Shown here piece after piece: positions 61,255 through 64,000 of a stretch of 64,000 nt of DNA. Within the stretch, counting starts at the first letter, position 1. Each line of letters begins with the position of its first letter. The notes under the pieces were generated by a model. That model did not search any database. It was not told the DNA's origin and saw nothing but the letters and a program-made list of their open reading frames with translations. Both the position numbers and the translations under genes were made by a program. Source of the DNA: Klebsiella phage ZCKP1; the sequence record MH252123.1; one strand, 5' to 3'.

Positions 61255-64000
61255 TGTCAAGAGTTAAGCACAATATTGACAACACGTTTCAGTTGATTGA
61301 AGGGTTGGTTCAGTTTTTGGAAAGAAATACTGGGCTTACCATAGATCCTACGGTTCAGCATTACATTATCAACCCACAAAACGTATTGGCGAACAACAGA
61401 CACTTTATTAACTGGACAGCGCAGGAAGGGCAACCAAACGGTGACGCTACTACCGAAGGTCAATCTGTGCTTATCACTGGTTTTGCTTATGCATATTTGG
61501 CTACAGGGGATAAAAAATATCTTGAATCTGCCGAGAAGTATTGGCAAGCCTATATAGATCACTTCTTCGGGGGCCAACCTATTCCTGATCCTCCGGCTAA
61601 ATATCGTCCCAACTGGATCATCAATGGTAAAGAACCACGTTTAGCACATTACCCTCTCACAGATGATGGGTATCCTACGCACGGTGGGTTCAAAGGTAGC
61701 ATGATGACTTGGATTAACGGAAGGACTGTTATTCCTAAAGGTGCACCACATTGGGGGGAATACTTAGATAAAGCTTGGTTTGCTTTCAATGGTAATCTTG
61801 GTTGGAACTCCGTTAACGCAACAGTTTATGCAATTAACCCAGACGGTTCAACCAACTGGAAAGAATATGGAGATCAGTGGGACGTTGAATGGATTATAGA
61901 TCGTCTAGGACGTAAAGTTGATTGGGATGGTAACATTTTATCTACAGGTCACAGCTTTGCAGAATATGGAACAGTGCAACTTAAAAATGCTTCTGTGAAC
62001 GGGGATTATAAATTCAACTATGCTACATGCAACCCTGTAGAACACGGTGGGTATCTACTTAAGCGTAATGAGATGTGGCATAACCGTCCTGTAAACGTTC
62101 CGGTAGAGTTAGGTTATCAAGATAATGCTTCCGATGCTGAAACGTGGTGGTGTGATGCAAACTACTTGATGTATCAGATTACAGGAGAGAGAAAATACTG
62201 GCTTTGCTGGCAATCTTCTTTATTGTTGTGTCAAGACTACTCAAACATCGATATGTTTGATAAATTCTTCCGTAGATCTACGTCAGCAATAATTCCTTTT
62301 ACAGATGGTATCTCTTATGATTACTCATACCCATCTACAGCAATACCTAAATATTCTCGTGACGAATTAGGATACACAGTAATTCGCCAAGATGTTTCAG
62401 CACAAACAACTCTAGAACAACAGGCAGTTTGGTTCAGAGTGGATCAGAATTCAAAACTGCGTATCGAGTTTCAAGGTGTAGATGATGCAGGGGAAGGTGT
62501 TCTTTTCCGTCCAGAGTTAGAATTAAGCAAGACTAAGAGTGAAACAGACACAGTGACATATCGTTGTGGCTTACCTCTTGGTGCAGCTAATATGACTAAG
62601 ATGGATATACCTTTATCTAGTTTTATGCGCACCGAACCTCCTGGAGGTGGTGTATATATTATTGCTGAACCTAGAATTATTGTTGACTGGGGAAGCAATA
62701 CTGTGATACAATATAAATATGCAACTGGTATTGCTGGGACAAATAGTGATCAGATAGTTTCTGCTAATATGGATTCAGATGGTGGTTTTACTGTTGGGTT
62801 TTGGTTAACACCGACTAAAACAGCCAATTTAAAATCTATTACGTATCGTTCATACGCAGATGATTTTAACATCACTATTACGGATTCCGCAGGTTGGAGA
62901 TGGTGGGCCATGTTAGAAAAAACAAATTCTGCATGGGTTACTAAAGCTTTAAGTCCTGCCGATTTCAAATTAAGCACTTGGCAACCTAATCACAATGACA
63001 CAGAGGCAAAACCTTCGTCAATAAACCTGACTGCTATTGATCAGATCAATATTGCATTGGATTCTGAACCTGCAAATGGCTTGACAGGGGCAATCGACTT
63101 TTATTGCGTTAACGATATCCCATCTTTGTATTCTTCAGCCACTGGTGATGATTACACAATGTATTTCAGGGTTACAGTTTCATCTGAAAATCCTTATACA
63201 GCAAAACTTGGAGATTGTACAATACTGGACTACAAACTTAACAGTTTGAATTATACTCCAGGAATCATTCCATTTTCCAATATCAGTGATCCTAACACAG
63301 CCTTATATGACGGTTGGCGTGGTATTCCTTACCCAGGTTATCAATACCCATCCTTATATTGTTTTAAAGGGAGAGATATTGATTGGGTTCGTATGAACAA
63401 CAGTATAGACTTTTTATATGATTCACAAATGTGGTTTTATAATAAGTTTGCCCCTGTAATGCCTGGGCCAATGGCACAAGCTTATGTTTGGGATCGTTGG
63501 GATGCTCATAAATATGGAAACAAAAATGAGTTCACAATGTATCATTGGAACGATAAAGCTTGGGATGGTTATGAAGCACGAGCATTCTTCTGTGCGTGTC
63601 ATACGGTATACGAACTAAAGCGACGAGGAGCCGAAGTTCCTGAAAAACTTTTAACAGTTTGTAAAAACTGGATCAACTACCTGAAGTGGTTCCAAGATAA
63701 CAACGAAGGAAGAACACCAACAATATTTTATCCCAACGGAGAAGTGGCTGCGCCTGTAGATGACTTTACAAGTCACATGTCTGCGCTCTTTATGGCGGGA
63801 TGTGCTATAATGGGGATGGCTGGATATGATTCAGAAATTCCTAACATTAAAATAGTAGCAGACCGCTGTTTTGAACTTATTCAGGAAAACTATATTGTTC
63901 TTGGTCCTAATCACGTTATGAATGGTTGTTGGAGTGCTGCCCCTAGACCAGACAGTGATAACGGAGTCTTCTTTGGCTTCCACGCCGGAGAGTTGTTACG
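61254..64000 (+). CDS. very large tail fiber/tailspike-like protein, partial (runs off window end); Trp/Gly/aromatic-rich segments suggest a glycosidase-like domain
   Basis: open frame traced by eye from ATG 61254 (TAATG overlap) to 64000 without a stop; absent from the ORF track because incomplete. Confidence 0.55.
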   Translation, partial: MSRVKHNIDNTFQLIEGLVQFLERNTGLTIDPTVQHYIINPQNVLANNRHFINWTAQEGQPNGDATTEGQSVLITGFAYAYLATGDKKYLESAEKYWQAYIDHFFGGQPIPDPPAKYRPNWIINGKEPRLAHYPLTDDGYPTHGGFKGSMMTWINGRTVIPKGAPHWGEYLDKAWFAFNGNLGWNSVNATVYAINPDGSTNWKEYGDQWDVEWIIDRLGRKVDWDGNILSTGHSFAEYGTVQLKNASVNGDYKFNYATCNPVEHGGYLLKRNEMWHNRPVNVPVELGYQDNASDAETWWCDANYLMYQITGERKYWLCWQSSLLLCQDYSNIDMFDKFFRRSTSAIIPFTDGISYDYSYPSTAIPKYSRDELGYTVIRQDVSAQTTLEQQAVWFRVDQNSKLRIEFQGVDDAGEGVLFRPELELSKTKSETDTVTYRCGLPLGAANMTKMDIPLSSFMRTEPPGGGVYIIAEPRIIVDWGSNTVIQYKYATGIAGTNSDQIVSANMDSDGGFTVGFWLTPTKTANLKSITYRSYADDFNITITDSAGWRWWAMLEKTNSAWVTKALSPADFKLSTWQPNHNDTEAKPSSINLTAIDQINIALDSEPANGLTGAIDFYCVNDIPSLYSSATGDDYTMYFRVTVSSENPYTAKLGDCTILDYKLNSLNYTPGIIPFSNISDPNTALYDGWRGIPYPGYQYPSLYCFKGRDIDWVRMNNSIDFLYDSQMWFYNKFAPVMPGPMAQAYVWDRWDAHKYGNKNEFTMYHWNDKAWDGYEARAFFCACHTVYELKRRGAEVPEKLLTVCKNWINYLKWFQDNNEGRTPTIFYPNGEVAAPVDDFTSHMSALFMAGCAIMGMAGYDSEIPNIKIVADRCFELIQENYIVLGPNHVMNGCWSAAPRPDSDNGVFFGFHAGELL

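Overview
This window looks like a 64-kb slice of a virulent, AT-rich tailed phage genome. The lysozyme, ribonucleotide reductase, RNA ligase, RNase H and DNA ligase genes resemble those of T4-like phages, while the structural genes look like a distinct myovirus. The codon usage of the capsid gene suggests an enterobacterial host. A short block of plus-strand small genes and their terminators occupies 1..2930. From 2932 to 37284 there are about 90 tightly packed, often overlapping minus-strand early genes. These early genes encode nucleotide and DNA metabolism functions: class I ribonucleotide reductase (NrdA/NrdB) with a glutaredoxin, flavin-dependent thymidylate synthase ThyX, a HAD-family nucleotidase, a MazG-like pyrophosphatase, PhoH, T4 gp30-like DNA ligase, a FEN/RNase H 5'-3' nuclease, a DEDDh exonuclease, an RdgC-like protein, a T4-type lysozyme, and an RNA-repair cassette of polynucleotide kinase, Rnl1-like RNA ligase and a phosphoesterase. 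The same region holds unexpected accessory genes: a Sir2 / C5-methyltransferase-like / nucleotidyltransferase operon, the dTDP-rhamnose enzymes RmlC and RmlD, an HslV-like protease, an N6-adenine methyltransferase-like gene, a Ser/Thr phosphatase, a DprA-like SLOG-domain protein, and a family of small acidic proteins sharing a C-terminal W-x-S-S-S-C motif. A palindrome-rich divergent intergenic region with GTAC repeats spans 37285..37764. It is followed by a tRNA cluster at 38743..41467 with 12 recognisable tRNAs and 2 degenerate tRNA-like elements. The cluster is transcribed from repeated cTATTGACAa-type sigma70 promoters, and an orphan higA-like gene is embedded in it. From 41676 onward a plus-strand late module runs through an overlapped spanin pair and a large terminase with a mini-intein in its P-loop. 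It continues with portal, scaffold, decoration protein, major capsid protein, tail sheath, tail tube, chaperones with a programmed -1 frameshift, tape measure, baseplate proteins, and a very large tail fiber/spike-like ORF that runs off the window end. All calls come from reading the sequence and ORF translations by eye. No database searches were run.
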